NCBI GenBank assembly: GCA_002478505.1
Contig: DLOP01000022.1
Coordinates: 28,919-67,546, forward strand
Direction of reading: 5' to 3'
Source of the DNA: Lachnospiraceae bacterium UBA7481
GTDB taxonomy: Bacteria; Bacillota; Clostridia; Lachnospirales; Lachnospiraceae
DNA: 38,628 bases
Part shown: in pieces, positions 26,531 to 36,292 of the stretch
How the letters are laid out: the number at the start of each line of letters is the position of its first letter
Position numbering within the stretch: the stretch's first letter is position 1
Notes under the pieces: generated by a model
The model's database searches: none
The model's input: the letters and a program-made list of their open reading frames with translations, nothing else
Told to the model about the DNA's origin: nothing
Position numbers and translations under genes: made by a program

Positions 26531-27292
26531 ATGGCAGGTATTAGTAATTTAAACGGAATGTCCAACCTGTTTTCCTCTATGACAGGGACGTCGGGAACAA
26601 CAAACAGCTGGCAGAACAATACCTTATCCGGTTTATTTGGCGGTAACAATTCCAATTCCAATGCATCTTCCGGAATGCTCGGTATTGATTTCAGCAACTA
26701 CTCATCTATTAAGAGCGGAAGCTACTATAAGTTACTTAAGAAATATTATAGCTCGAATGCATCCGTTGACAGCAATTCCGAGGATGTAAAGAAATATCAG
26801 GCAAAGGTTGATCGGATGGCAGATGCATCTGCTGACCTTTCGTATTCCTTAAATGAGTTGATGCATTCTGATTTTTCAACTGAGAAAAGGGATGATCTGT
26901 TAAAGGATGTTGAGAAATTTATAGATGATTATAACAATACGGTAAGCAAAGCCGGTGATTCCGATTCCAAATCGGTTCTGCTAAAAGCAAAGTGGATGAC
27001 GAACATGACCAAGGAGTATTCCAATGTTCTTTCCGAGATTGGCATTTCTGTTGGTTCGGATAATAAGCTGAAGCTGGATACGAAAGCTTTTAAGGAAGCA
27101 GACAGCGATACTTTGCAGGGCGTATTTGGAACAAGCCCCAATTCCTATGCGAATAAGGTGCTGTACAAGGCAGAGCAGCTTTACTCTCTTTCCAAAACAT
27201 ATGGTTCTTCGGCTACGGCATATACAAGCGCAGGAACTTATAAAAAGGATAAAGCAGTTACAACAGCCAATGTTGTCGATGAGCTTCTGTAA
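26531..27292 (+). CDS. FliD C-terminal-like (flagellar cap-related) protein
   Basis: Ser/Asn-rich N-terminus; YSSIKSGSYYKLLKKYY, FIDDYN, LSEIGISV..DNKLKLD..F patterns. Confidence 0.6.
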   Translation: MAGISNLNGMSNLFSSMTGTSGTTNSWQNNTLSGLFGGNNSNSNASSGMLGIDFSNYSSIKSGSYYKLLKKYYSSNASVDSNSEDVKKYQAKVDRMADASADLSYSLNELMHSDFSTEKRDDLLKDVEKFIDDYNNTVSKAGDSDSKSVLLKAKWMTNMTKEYSNVLSEIGISVGSDNKLKLDTKAFKEADSDTLQGVFGTSPNSYANKVLYKAEQLYSLSKTYGSSATAYTSAGTYKKDKAVTTANVVDELL

Positions 27293-27320
27293 GTAAGATT
27301 ATCAGATACAAGGCATATAC

Positions 27321-27364
27321 AGACACATGGAATCGTGAACGGTTTCATGTGTCTTATTTTGTTT
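27321..27364 (+). terminator. probable terminator
   Basis: AGACACATGGAA..TTTCATGTGTCT followed by a T-rich tail. Confidence 0.6.
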
Positions 27365-27527
27365 GCAGGCAGAGAACATTTGGTCTGATAGCAGGCATGA
27401 TGCCGTTGACCGGGGAATAGGAAAGATAAAAATATTATTTGTGAAACGAAAAGAAAGATGATATACTAAATTGGGGATGCATGAGAAAAATCTTCGGTAA
27501 GTTACACGGGAAAAAGAGGTGAGTGCG

Positions 27528-30500
27528 GTGAAAAAGATCATTGACGCCATGCTGGCGGAAGATTACAGCTTCGGACATAAAAAAAGTCCGCTGTCTTTTT
27601 CGTGTACTTCTCTGGAATACGGAGTGGCTTTCGGCAAGACCGTAAGGGGATCATTTACTATCTTTGCGGATGAAAAGCTGAAACCGGAGGGATATGTATA
27701 TGCGTCTGATCTTCGGATGATGGTGTCGCGGAATCAGTTTGGCGGTCTGGAGATGGAGATTTATTTTCAGTTTGACGCGCATGGTCTGGAGGAAGGCAGC
27801 GTCTGTGAAGGCGTTTTTGCCATTGTGTCTAATCTCGGAGAGTATGAGCTGCCTTATCGCATAATGGTAGAAAGAAATCTTCCGGATACTTCCATGGGGA
27901 TGATCAGGAATCTGTTTCATTATGCCAATCTTGCAAAAGAGAACTGGCAGGAGGCGGTAAAACTTTTTTATTCTCCCGGATTTATCAATATATTAAACGG
28001 TAGTGAGCGGCAGTACCGTTCCATATACCGCGGGATGTCGGTCAACCAGGATAATGAACAGAATGTTGAGAACTTTCTTACGGTGGTGAAAAAGAAGGTC
28101 TCTCCCGTATATCAGGCAGATATCATGAAGATAGAAATAAATGCGCCGGCGGAGACTGTGATGCAGACGGTCAGCATCGTCAGGGATGGCTGGGGTTATA
28201 CAAAACTGAATCTTCGTGTGGAAGGTGATTTTCTTTCCCTGGAAAAGGAACGGGTATTGGAAGAGGACTTTTGGGGTAATGTATTCCGTTTGAATTATTA
28301 CATCCATGCAGACCGCCTGCATTATGGGAAAAATGAAGGGGCGGTAGTGGTAAAAGATATCTATGGAGATATCCGGATTCCGGTGGTGATCTGGCGAAAC
28401 GGGATGGAACGGGCAGAGGAAGAGAAGATCGAGCGGAGACAGCTGGTGCATCTGATGCATCTCTATATGGATTACAGAACCGGCAGGATCACAAAGTATG
28501 AGTGGGGCAAGGAATGTCATGCTATCGTGAACAGAATAGTATCTAAGGATGCCAATCATCTGGTGAGCAGGTTGTATCAGCTTCAGCTTCTTTTGACAGA
28601 GAAAAGATTTACGGAGGCGGACCGGATCCTGGAACGCGTCGGTATATTGATCGATGAGAATGACGTTCTTCCGGAGATTAAGGGATACTATTATTACATG
28701 AAATCTCTTCGCTCAAAAGATGAGGACCTGCTGCATGAGCTGGCGGAAAAGACGGAATACCTTTATGTGCGAAATACACACAATTGGCGTCTGGCATGGC
28801 TGTTGATCTATATGAAGGAAGAATATGCTTCTAATGATGAGAAGAAATGGGATCTTTTAAAACAGCAGTATGCTTACGGCAATGCCAGTCCTATTCTGTT
28901 CCTGGAGGCGCTGCACGCCCTGCTTAGGATGCCGGCCTTGATGTCTGAGCTGGGAGATTTTGAACTGGCATTTATTACATTTGCGATTAGGCAGAATACC
29001 ATGACCAGGGAGATCCGTAATCGTTTTGTATTTCTGGCGGGTAAGGCAAAGACTTTTTCGGAAGAATTATATTATCTGCTATGCAGATGCTATGAACTGG
29101 AGAAAAAAAATGAGACGCTGCAGGAGATTTGTGCGCTGCTGATCAAGGGCAATAAGATGGGACAGGAATATTTTGGCTGGTATGCGCTTGCGGTGGATCA
29201 GGAGCTTCGCCTGACCAGGCTGTATGAATATTATATCATGTCCATCGATCTTACATACGAAGGCCGCCTGCCCAAGATGATCGTAATGTATTTTGCATAC
29301 CGTTCAAAACTGGACTATGAAAGAAATGCATTTTTATATGCCAATATCATGAAATACCGGCAGGCATATCAGGATATTTATCAGGATTATTATCCTGCAA
29401 TCATGGCATTTGTCAGAGAACAGCTGCTAAAGGGACGCATCAATGATAATCTGGCATATCTTTATCAGCAGACACGGTATATGATCAAAGAAGATCCCGT
29501 GCTGATCACGGCATATCTGAAGCTGTTGTTTATGGCACAGGTTGATGTGGAGATGGATGGCGTCAAATATGTTGTGATTGTAAATGAGCATTTGAAAGAG
29601 GAAATGAAGTATCCTGTCTTCCAGAAAAAAGCGGTTGTGCCCATGCTCGGTACGGAAAGCACGCTGCTTTTAGAGGATGGGGACGGCAACCGCTTTGTGG
29701 ACCGCAGGTATTTTCATGACAGGCTGCTGCTGCCTAAGCCGGCTGATCTGGAGGAAATGATGGAACAGGCGGAGATTTCTTTAGACCTTGCCTTGTATCG
29801 TGCGGAAGAATCAGGGGAGAGTGTTTCCGCAGATGAACACAATGAAAAGTTTTTATACTGGCTTTCTGCGGAAGAGGCTATTACGGAAGAATACAGGATC
29901 CAGATCATGGTAAAGCTTGCAGAATACTATTTTGAAAATGATCTGCTGATTCCGCTGGATGATCTGCTGCTTCGCTTCGATCCTTTTGCTTTAAATGGTG
30001 CGCAGCGGGAGACTTGTGTACATATTATGGTGGCGAGGGGATTTTATGATAAGGCATTGGAGTGGGTACGGAACTGCGGGATTGAATCCGTCGGCGGCAG
30101 AACGCTGCTGCGCCTGTGCGATAGGATCTTGATGAGGACTGATTTTGAATATGAGGCGGAACTTCTTAAGATTTGTGATGGAATCTTTTGTCAGGGGATT
30201 TATGATGAGACGACGCTGCAGTATCTGCTGCTGTATAAGGAGGGATTGCTGACAGAGCTTAAGGCTTTGTGGCGGGCGGCGGATTCTTTTGATATGGATG
30301 TTCATAAATTTTTGGAGAGTATGTTGGTACAGATGCTTTATTCGGATACCTATGTGGACGAAGCGGAAAATATATTTATGGAATATATTGCAAAGGCTAC
30401 TGTGGCGGATATTGAGAAGGCATTTTTGGCAAAGTTATCTTATGACTATTTTGTAAGTGGTAAACCGTTAAGCAAAAAGCTGATCGATCGGACCGGATAT

Positions 30501-31103
30501 CTGCAGCAGCTGGGAGAAACGCTGCCTGTGGTATGCAGACTGGCTTATCTGAAAATGAACATGGAAAAGGCCGATCAGGGGATACTATCTGAGCAGGAGC
30601 AGGAGTATGCCGTACAGTTTATCGCCCAACTTTGGAAAAAGCAGATATTCTTCCCGATGTATTTGTGTTACCGGAGGTGGATCTCCAAATTGGATCTGAT
30701 GGATGACAGATGCTATATAGAGTATCGGGGAAAAGAAGACAGCAGGGTTGTTATCCATTATGCCATAGAACGGGAAGACAGACAGGAGAAAGAATATCGG
30801 AAAGAGGAAATGCTCCATATGTATGGCGGAATCTATGTAAAGTCCTTTGTCATATTTTATGGTGAGAGGATCCGCTATTATATTACAGAGGAGGACGGAC
30901 GGCAGGAGAAGCTGACGCAGTCCAGCTCCCTGCAGAGGGAAGCGATGAACGGCGCATCCCAGGATAACAGATTCCAGCTGGTGAACCATATGATCATCAG
31001 TCATGATATGCGGGATGATAAGACATACGGTAAGCTGGCTGAGGAATATGCTTATAAAGATTACAGGGTAAGACATTTATTTACGCCGGATTTAGATTAT
31101 TAG
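27528..31103 (+). CDS. large DUF5717-like protein
   Basis: ~1190-aa ORF; beta-rich N- and C-termini, long helical middle; upstream of the DUF5716-like gene. Family name from recall. Confidence 0.8.
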   Translation: MKKIIDAMLAEDYSFGHKKSPLSFSCTSLEYGVAFGKTVRGSFTIFADEKLKPEGYVYASDLRMMVSRNQFGGLEMEIYFQFDAHGLEEGSVCEGVFAIVSNLGEYELPYRIMVERNLPDTSMGMIRNLFHYANLAKENWQEAVKLFYSPGFINILNGSERQYRSIYRGMSVNQDNEQNVENFLTVVKKKVSPVYQADIMKIEINAPAETVMQTVSIVRDGWGYTKLNLRVEGDFLSLEKERVLEEDFWGNVFRLNYYIHADRLHYGKNEGAVVVKDIYGDIRIPVVIWRNGMERAEEEKIERRQLVHLMHLYMDYRTGRITKYEWGKECHAIVNRIVSKDANHLVSRLYQLQLLLTEKRFTEADRILERVGILIDENDVLPEIKGYYYYMKSLRSKDEDLLHELAEKTEYLYVRNTHNWRLAWLLIYMKEEYASNDEKKWDLLKQQYAYGNASPILFLEALHALLRMPALMSELGDFELAFITFAIRQNTMTREIRNRFVFLAGKAKTFSEELYYLLCRCYELEKKNETLQEICALLIKGNKMGQEYFGWYALAVDQELRLTRLYEYYIMSIDLTYEGRLPKMIVMYFAYRSKLDYERNAFLYANIMKYRQAYQDIYQDYYPAIMAFVREQLLKGRINDNLAYLYQQTRYMIKEDPVLITAYLKLLFMAQVDVEMDGVKYVVIVNEHLKEEMKYPVFQKKAVVPMLGTESTLLLEDGDGNRFVDRRYFHDRLLLPKPADLEEMMEQAEISLDLALYRAEESGESVSADEHNEKFLYWLSAEEAITEEYRIQIMVKLAEYYFENDLLIPLDDLLLRFDPFALNGAQRETCVHIMVARGFYDKALEWVRNCGIESVGGRTLLRLCDRILMRTDFEYEAELLKICDGIFCQGIYDETTLQYLLLYKEGLLTELKALWRAADSFDMDVHKFLESMLVQMLYSDTYVDEAENIFMEYIAKATVADIEKAFLAKLSYDYFVSGKPLSKKLIDRTGYLQQLGETLPVVCRLAYLKMNMEKADQGILSEQEQEYAVQFIAQLWKKQIFFPMYLCYRRWISKLDLMDDRCYIEYRGKEDSRVVIHYAIEREDRQEKEYRKEEMLHMYGGIYVKSFVIFYGERIRYYITEEDGRQEKLTQSSSLQREAMNGASQDNRFQLVNHMIISHDMRDDKTYGKLAEEYAYKDYRVRHLFTPDLDY

Positions 31104-31129
31104 ATGTTTGAAAGAAAGGAAACAGTGCT

Positions 31130-32443
31130 TTGATCGGGGAGAAAAAAGAATCCACGGAAAAGATTCCCAAAGATAAAGCGGTGATCGGCATAGACCTGAC
31201 GGAAGACTTTGCGCAGGTCTGTTATTGGACGCCGGAACAGGATGAGCCGGTGACGATGAGCGCAGTCAGTGGGGATGAGAAGCTGTGCATACCGACGGCT
31301 CTGGCAAAAAAATATGGCGAGCATATATGGACCTTTGGAGAAGAAGCGTTTCGGACTGAGCGGGAAAACGAAGGATTTTTATTCACCTCGCTGATCGCGA
31401 AGGCAAAAGAGGGCGTGCTGATCGAAGTGGAGACGAGAGATTATGATCCGGTTGATCTTCTGGCGCTGTTTATTAAGAAATGCCTGTCCATGCTTGCACT
31501 TGCGGCGCCTATGGAAAAGGTTGCGGCAATCGTGATCACGGTGGAAGAACCGGATACAAGGATGATACAGGTGTTGAATCAGGTGGTGTCGATCCTTAGG
31601 ATCAAGCCGGAAAAGGTGCATTTTCAGAGCCATCCGGAAAGCGCGTATCATTATATTTTACAGCAGTCAAGGGATTTATGGTCTCGAGACGTCCTGATTC
31701 TGGAGATACAGGGCGATCAGCTTAAACTGCTGCGTTTTAAGAGAAATCCGCATACCAGTCCGATGGTTGTATTGATGGATGAGAAGGTCTATGACGGATT
31801 TGGAAGCGGGGACTATCCTGAGGGCAGCGCGGCACAGGAGCTTGAGTATAAGAAGAAGGATCAGGCGTTGTTAAAGCATTTGGTAGAGCAGTGCAATGAG
31901 AATTATGTCTCTTCCGTCTATCTCTTAGGAGACGGATTCCGGGAAGAGTGGTGCAAGGAATCCTTAAAATATATGTGTAAGAACAGAAGGGTGTTTCAGG
32001 GCAGCAATCTGTTCAGCAAGGGCGCGTGTTATGGCGCAAGGGAGAAACTTATCGTATCAGAAGTGGAAGAAAAGCATGTGTTTCTGGGAAAGGACAAGCT
32101 CAAGTCCAATCTGGGCATGCGCGTGGTGCGCGAGGGAGAGGATGCTTATATGGCGCTTCTGGATGCGGGAAAGAACTGGTATGAAGTTTCTAAGGAGTGC
32201 GATCTGATCCTGGACAGCGAGGATACGATACAGATGCAGGTCACGCCTGTGGATGGCAAGAAGGTCAGGGAGCTGCAGTTTTATCTGGAGGGATGTCCCA
32301 TACGTCCGCCGAGGGCTACCCGGATCCATATGGAAGTCAGGATGCTGTCGGAAACCAGATTATATGTTAAAGTGACGGATCTTGGATTTGGCGAATTTTT
32401 TCCCGCCAGCGGTATGGAATGGGTCAGCGAGATAGATTTGTAA
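31130..32443 (+). CDS. DUF5716-like protein, divergent Hsp70/actin-fold
   Basis: VIGIDL, IPT, VITV, VYLLGDGF, FSKGACYGA occur in DnaK nucleotide-binding-domain order. Confidence 0.8.
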   Translation: MIGEKKESTEKIPKDKAVIGIDLTEDFAQVCYWTPEQDEPVTMSAVSGDEKLCIPTALAKKYGEHIWTFGEEAFRTERENEGFLFTSLIAKAKEGVLIEVETRDYDPVDLLALFIKKCLSMLALAAPMEKVAAIVITVEEPDTRMIQVLNQVVSILRIKPEKVHFQSHPESAYHYILQQSRDLWSRDVLILEIQGDQLKLLRFKRNPHTSPMVVLMDEKVYDGFGSGDYPEGSAAQELEYKKKDQALLKHLVEQCNENYVSSVYLLGDGFREEWCKESLKYMCKNRRVFQGSNLFSKGACYGAREKLIVSEVEEKHVFLGKDKLKSNLGMRVVREGEDAYMALLDAGKNWYEVSKECDLILDSEDTIQMQVTPVDGKKVRELQFYLEGCPIRPPRATRIHMEVRMLSETRLYVKVTDLGFGEFFPASGMEWVSEIDL

Positions 32444-32464
32444 CAGAAAGGCAAGAGGAGAAAC

Positions 32465-33340
32465 GTGGGAAGGATATACCAATGTGTAGGGCATTACGCC
32501 GAGACTGCATATACGATCAAAAGAACATGGATCCATGTCCACTGCGTGGAGGAACTGTGTTATTATATCTGCAATAATGCGTATCTGCTGGAGGGGGATT
32601 TTATCAATCAGGAGATGCTTCTGTGGCTGGATTCCGAATGTATGCTGCCTGCACTGGCAAAGACGCTTCGGGCACAGATCAGGCAGGGTGTCAGGCTGGA
32701 AGCTCAGATAAGGCTTTTGCTGGAAACGGTGCATTACTGTCCGGCAGAGGAGATCGATGCCATTGTCGGGATGATCGCAGCCAATGACAGTATGAACACC
32801 AAGCAAAAAAATAAGATACGCGCTGATTATTTTCTGAAGAATGAGCGGTATGCATTGGCGCTGCAGGCATATGAAGAACTGGCGGAGGAGCTGGAGGAAG
32901 AACAGAAAGAAAATGGGAATGAGAAAAATGGTAAGGATGAGAAAAATGATAAGCTGATGGCTTCCGTTTATTATAATATGGGCGTTATTTATGCGCATCT
33001 GTTCCTGTTTGGACAGGCTGGGGAATATTTTAAGATGGCTTATGAAAAGCAGGAGAAGGAGGAGTATCAGGTGGCTTATCTTGCCATCCGGCGGATACTC
33101 GGACCGGATGCGGAGTATCTTAGGCTGATTGGAGAAAATGAGGAGTATTATCAGGCTTCCAGAGTGCTGGAGCATATGATGGACAAGACGGATAAAGACT
33201 GGAAGACTTCGGAAGAACATCTTCGGTTTATGGAAATGCGGCGTCTGCGTGAAACGGGCAGCATAGAGGCGTACACCAGACAGGTGGAGCAGATGAACAG
33301 CGCTTATAAAGAGTTGTACAGAAATATGGTTATTGAATAA
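32465..33340 (+). CDS. TPR-containing hypothetical protein
   Basis: ASVYYNMGVIYAHL..A..YFKMA TPR consensus. Confidence 0.75.
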   Translation: MGRIYQCVGHYAETAYTIKRTWIHVHCVEELCYYICNNAYLLEGDFINQEMLLWLDSECMLPALAKTLRAQIRQGVRLEAQIRLLLETVHYCPAEEIDAIVGMIAANDSMNTKQKNKIRADYFLKNERYALALQAYEELAEELEEEQKENGNEKNGKDEKNDKLMASVYYNMGVIYAHLFLFGQAGEYFKMAYEKQEKEEYQVAYLAIRRILGPDAEYLRLIGENEEYYQASRVLEHMMDKTDKDWKTSEEHLRFMEMRRLRETGSIEAYTRQVEQMNSAYKELYRNMVIE

Positions 33341-33382
33341 AATTAATTTTATGTATAAGGTAATTGCGAAAGAGTTAAGTCC

Positions 33383-33481
33383 GGCTTACATAACTCTCTG
33401 CTTGAAAAAATATGTTCCAAAAACATCATAAATGAAATCATTTTTGGAACATATTTTTTCAAATTACGAGTTATGTACACC
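33383..33481. repeat. 99-bp palindromic element, copy B
   Basis: GGCTTACATAA..22-bp inner stem..TTATGTACACC; same core as copy A, inverted. Confidence 0.9.
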
Positions 33482-33566
33482 TCATGCGTAAAATTATAGA
33501 ACGAAAAACTATAAAGCTATTGTTTTGCAAATGCCTAATTTTATGTATTATAGAGAGGTATAAATC

Positions 33567-34778
33567 TTGGGTTTTATTAAAAAGATTAAAGAAAAATGGA
33601 ATAGCTGGTATTATCACGATCTGGACGACGGGATAGAGGAGAATGAGCAGGATTGGAACCCGGAAAAAGAGGAGGTTACTGTCGAGCTGCCTAAGGAGGA
33701 GCAGTTTTTTCTGGATTCGGACCAGAGGACGGTGTTTATTCTGGAATCTCTTGGGCAGATGGCGGAAGCGGAAAAGCGTGGAGAGCAGTATCAGGATGAA
33801 TATGATGCGGTTACGGCGCTGCTGATGGATATGGAGGAGATTGACGGTCTTCCCGCTGATATTAAAGGTATGATCGTGGAACAGGCGCAGAAAGTAGTTA
33901 TGCTGGAGGATGAGCGGCGGAAGCTCTATCCCAAGACAAGCCGGCTTTCGGATCAGGCGGTCAGGAGGTTGGAACGTCTGGAGGCGGAGATACCGGACGG
34001 TATCAAAAAGATGCAGGAGGCGGAAGATTACCGCAGGCTGATCAAGCAGGATCTTCGGAAGCTGAGCGCAGATAAAAAGAGCTGTATCTACCAGAAGCAT
34101 GAATATGCTTCTGCATTGGTGAATACCCGGGGGATCGCGATGATCAGCGTGGTGACCATGATCATGTGTATGATCTTTCTGCTGATCCTGCAGTTTAGTT
34201 TTGATATGGACGTCCGTATCGGCTACATTATCGCCGGAGGCGTAGGCGCCGTGGCGCTGACCTTTTTGTACCTGCGCCATATGGAGGCGGGGACGGAGTC
34301 TAAGAAAGCGCAGAAGAAGCTGAACAAGCTGATCACCCTGCAGAATACGGTGAAGATCAGATATGTCAACAATACGAATCTCTTGTCTTATCTGTATATG
34401 AAATTTGGCGTTGAGGATTCGTCGGAACTGGAAAAACTGTGGGATGTTTTTGTGGAGGAGACGGGCGCCAGGTTAAAAGATGAAAAGCTCAGGGAAGATC
34501 TGGAGTATTATTATGACAAGCTGGCAGCGACGCTAAGACAGTACAGGATCAAGGATCCGGATATCTGGACTCACCAGTGTCAGGCATTGATCGACCGCAG
34601 GGAGATGGTGGAAGTCAGACATGCGCTGATTGCCAGAAGGCAGAAGCTGCGGGAGCAGATCGAATATAATAATAATATTGTGAAAAGTTCGAAATTGAAG
34701 ATTGAGAAAGTAAAGGAAAAATATCCGCAGTTTGCAAAGGAGATCGACCAGCTGGTAAATCAGTACCGGCCGAGGTGA
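33567..34778 (+). CDS. coiled-coil protein with two central TM helices
   Basis: Heptad-rich halves flanking a TM hairpin; TTG start after GAGG. Confidence 0.75.
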   Translation: MGFIKKIKEKWNSWYYHDLDDGIEENEQDWNPEKEEVTVELPKEEQFFLDSDQRTVFILESLGQMAEAEKRGEQYQDEYDAVTALLMDMEEIDGLPADIKGMIVEQAQKVVMLEDERRKLYPKTSRLSDQAVRRLERLEAEIPDGIKKMQEAEDYRRLIKQDLRKLSADKKSCIYQKHEYASALVNTRGIAMISVVTMIMCMIFLLILQFSFDMDVRIGYIIAGGVGAVALTFLYLRHMEAGTESKKAQKKLNKLITLQNTVKIRYVNNTNLLSYLYMKFGVEDSSELEKLWDVFVEETGARLKDEKLREDLEYYYDKLAATLRQYRIKDPDIWTHQCQALIDRREMVEVRHALIARRQKLREQIEYNNNIVKSSKLKIEKVKEKYPQFAKEIDQLVNQYRPR

Positions 34779-34819
34779 ACATCAGAATGGAAAGCGCAAT
34801 AAAAGATCAGAAATCATGT

Positions 34820-34848
34820 TTGACATATAAGATAATAGAATATATACT
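34820..34848 (+). promoter_or_regulatory. sigmaA promoter of purC
   Basis: TTGACA-N17-TATACT. Confidence 0.75.
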
Positions 34849-34946
34849 TAGCAGGGGAATTGTTATTTGTTGGAAGAGTAATATTGAAGTCTGGGCATTA
34901 TGATGGCTTTTAAAAAGATAAATTACAGAAAGGTAAGGGAACGGAC

Positions 34947-35654
34947 ATGAAAAAATTGGAGCAGCTTTATGAAGGAAAAGCAAAGAAGGTATTTTTGACG
35001 GATGATCCGGATGTGCTGATTGTAGATTATAAAGATGATGCGACGGCATTTAACGGAGAGAAGAAAGGAACTATCGTCGGCAAGGGCGTGATCAATAACC
35101 GCATGACCAACCATGTATTCAAGCTTTTGGAGAAGGAAGGCGTGCCCACACATTTTATTGAGGAACTGAGCGAGCGCGAAACTGCCGTGAAGAAAGTGGA
35201 GATCGTGCCGTTGGAGGTTATCATCAGAAACGTGGCAGCAGGAAGCTTTTCTAAAAGGCTTGGTGTGCCGGAGGGTACCCCCTTTGAAGAGCCGACGGTG
35301 GAGTTTTCCTATAAGAACGATGAATTGGGTGATCCGCTCATCAATGATTATTTTGCAAGGGCGCTGAATCTTGCCACATGGGAAGAGATCGAGACGATCA
35401 AGAAGTATGCATTTAAAGTAAATGAAGTTCTGAAGGCGTATTTTTTGCAGGCAGATATCAAGCTGATCGATTTTAAGATTGAGTTTGGCCGTTATCACGG
35501 AAGTATTATTTTAGCGGACGAGACCTCACCGGATACCTGCCGTCTGTGGGACGTGAATACCAATGAAAAATTGGATAAGGACCGTTTCCGCAGGGATCTT
35601 GGCAATGTGGAAGAAGCTTATAATGAAGTATTCAAGCGGTTGGGACTGGCGTAA
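34947..35654 (+). CDS. purC: SAICAR synthetase
   Basis: [42 protein letters not shown]. Confidence 0.97.
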   Translation: MKKLEQLYEGKAKKVFLTDDPDVLIVDYKDDATAFNGEKKGTIVGKGVINNRMTNHVFKLLEKEGVPTHFIEELSERETAVKKVEIVPLEVIIRNVAAGSFSKRLGVPEGTPFEEPTVEFSYKNDELGDPLINDYFARALNLATWEEIETIKKYAFKVNEVLKAYFLQADIKLIDFKIEFGRYHGSIILADETSPDTCRLWDVNTNEKLDKDRFRRDLGNVEEAYNEVFKRLGLA

Positions 35655-35677
35655 TTGCAAAACGATAGGAGAGAATT

Positions 35678-36271
35678 ATGGAACAGATGCAGCCGAAGTT
35701 TAAAGTGATTTGTATAGGTTGTGGAGCTACAGTTTCAACAGAGGTATGTCCATATTGTGGCAGGACTACCGATGTTAGTACGAAAGATGCCTATTTGGAT
35801 TATCCCGAGTACAAGTGTAAGTCAGCAAAATTAACTTTTCTCAATGTAGGCTTCAGTGCGATATTCGCCTTGGCTTTTGGATTTTTTGGAATTCTTTTGC
35901 CTATAGTATTTGATGGAGTTCCCGGAAAAAATGAAAAGTTATCCATGATCGTCATGTTCATGCCCTTTGCGCTGATAGGCATCATTGCGTTTGTGCTCTG
36001 CTTTAATTTTTTGTACAGATATATAATGACTTCGATGGCAGGAAAAGAGATTCAAGGCATTGTATATGGATATGCAAATTCTAACTACACAGTAAATAAT
36101 CAAAATACTAAGACAGTAAAAATACTCATACAGACTGACAGCGGACCAAGATATATTTTTTATGATACGCAAGATTTTAAAAAGGCTTACAGTGTTAATG
36201 AAAAAGTCAGGCTGAAAGTTTGGAAGCATTGCTTCTTAATAATAGAAGATGATAATGCAAGACCAATTTAA
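35678..36271 (+). CDS. zinc-ribbon two-TM membrane protein
   Basis: CIGCGA..CPYCG; two TM segments; GGAG RBS. Confidence 0.75.
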   Translation: MEQMQPKFKVICIGCGATVSTEVCPYCGRTTDVSTKDAYLDYPEYKCKSAKLTFLNVGFSAIFALAFGFFGILLPIVFDGVPGKNEKLSMIVMFMPFALIGIIAFVLCFNFLYRYIMTSMAGKEIQGIVYGYANSNYTVNNQNTKTVKILIQTDSGPRYIFYDTQDFKKAYSVNEKVRLKVWKHCFLIIEDDNARPI

Positions 36272-36292
36272 GAATGGAAAGCGAGGAATACC

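Noticed and set aside
32360-34280. Long antisense ORFs (32360-33220, 33471-34280; likewise 18895-19518, 23525-24220, 34923-35498)
   Set aside because: Shadow frames opposite well-supported genes, with no motifs.
34850-34946. Purine or ZTP riboswitch before purC
   Set aside because: No recognisable aptamer motifs or terminator hairpin.
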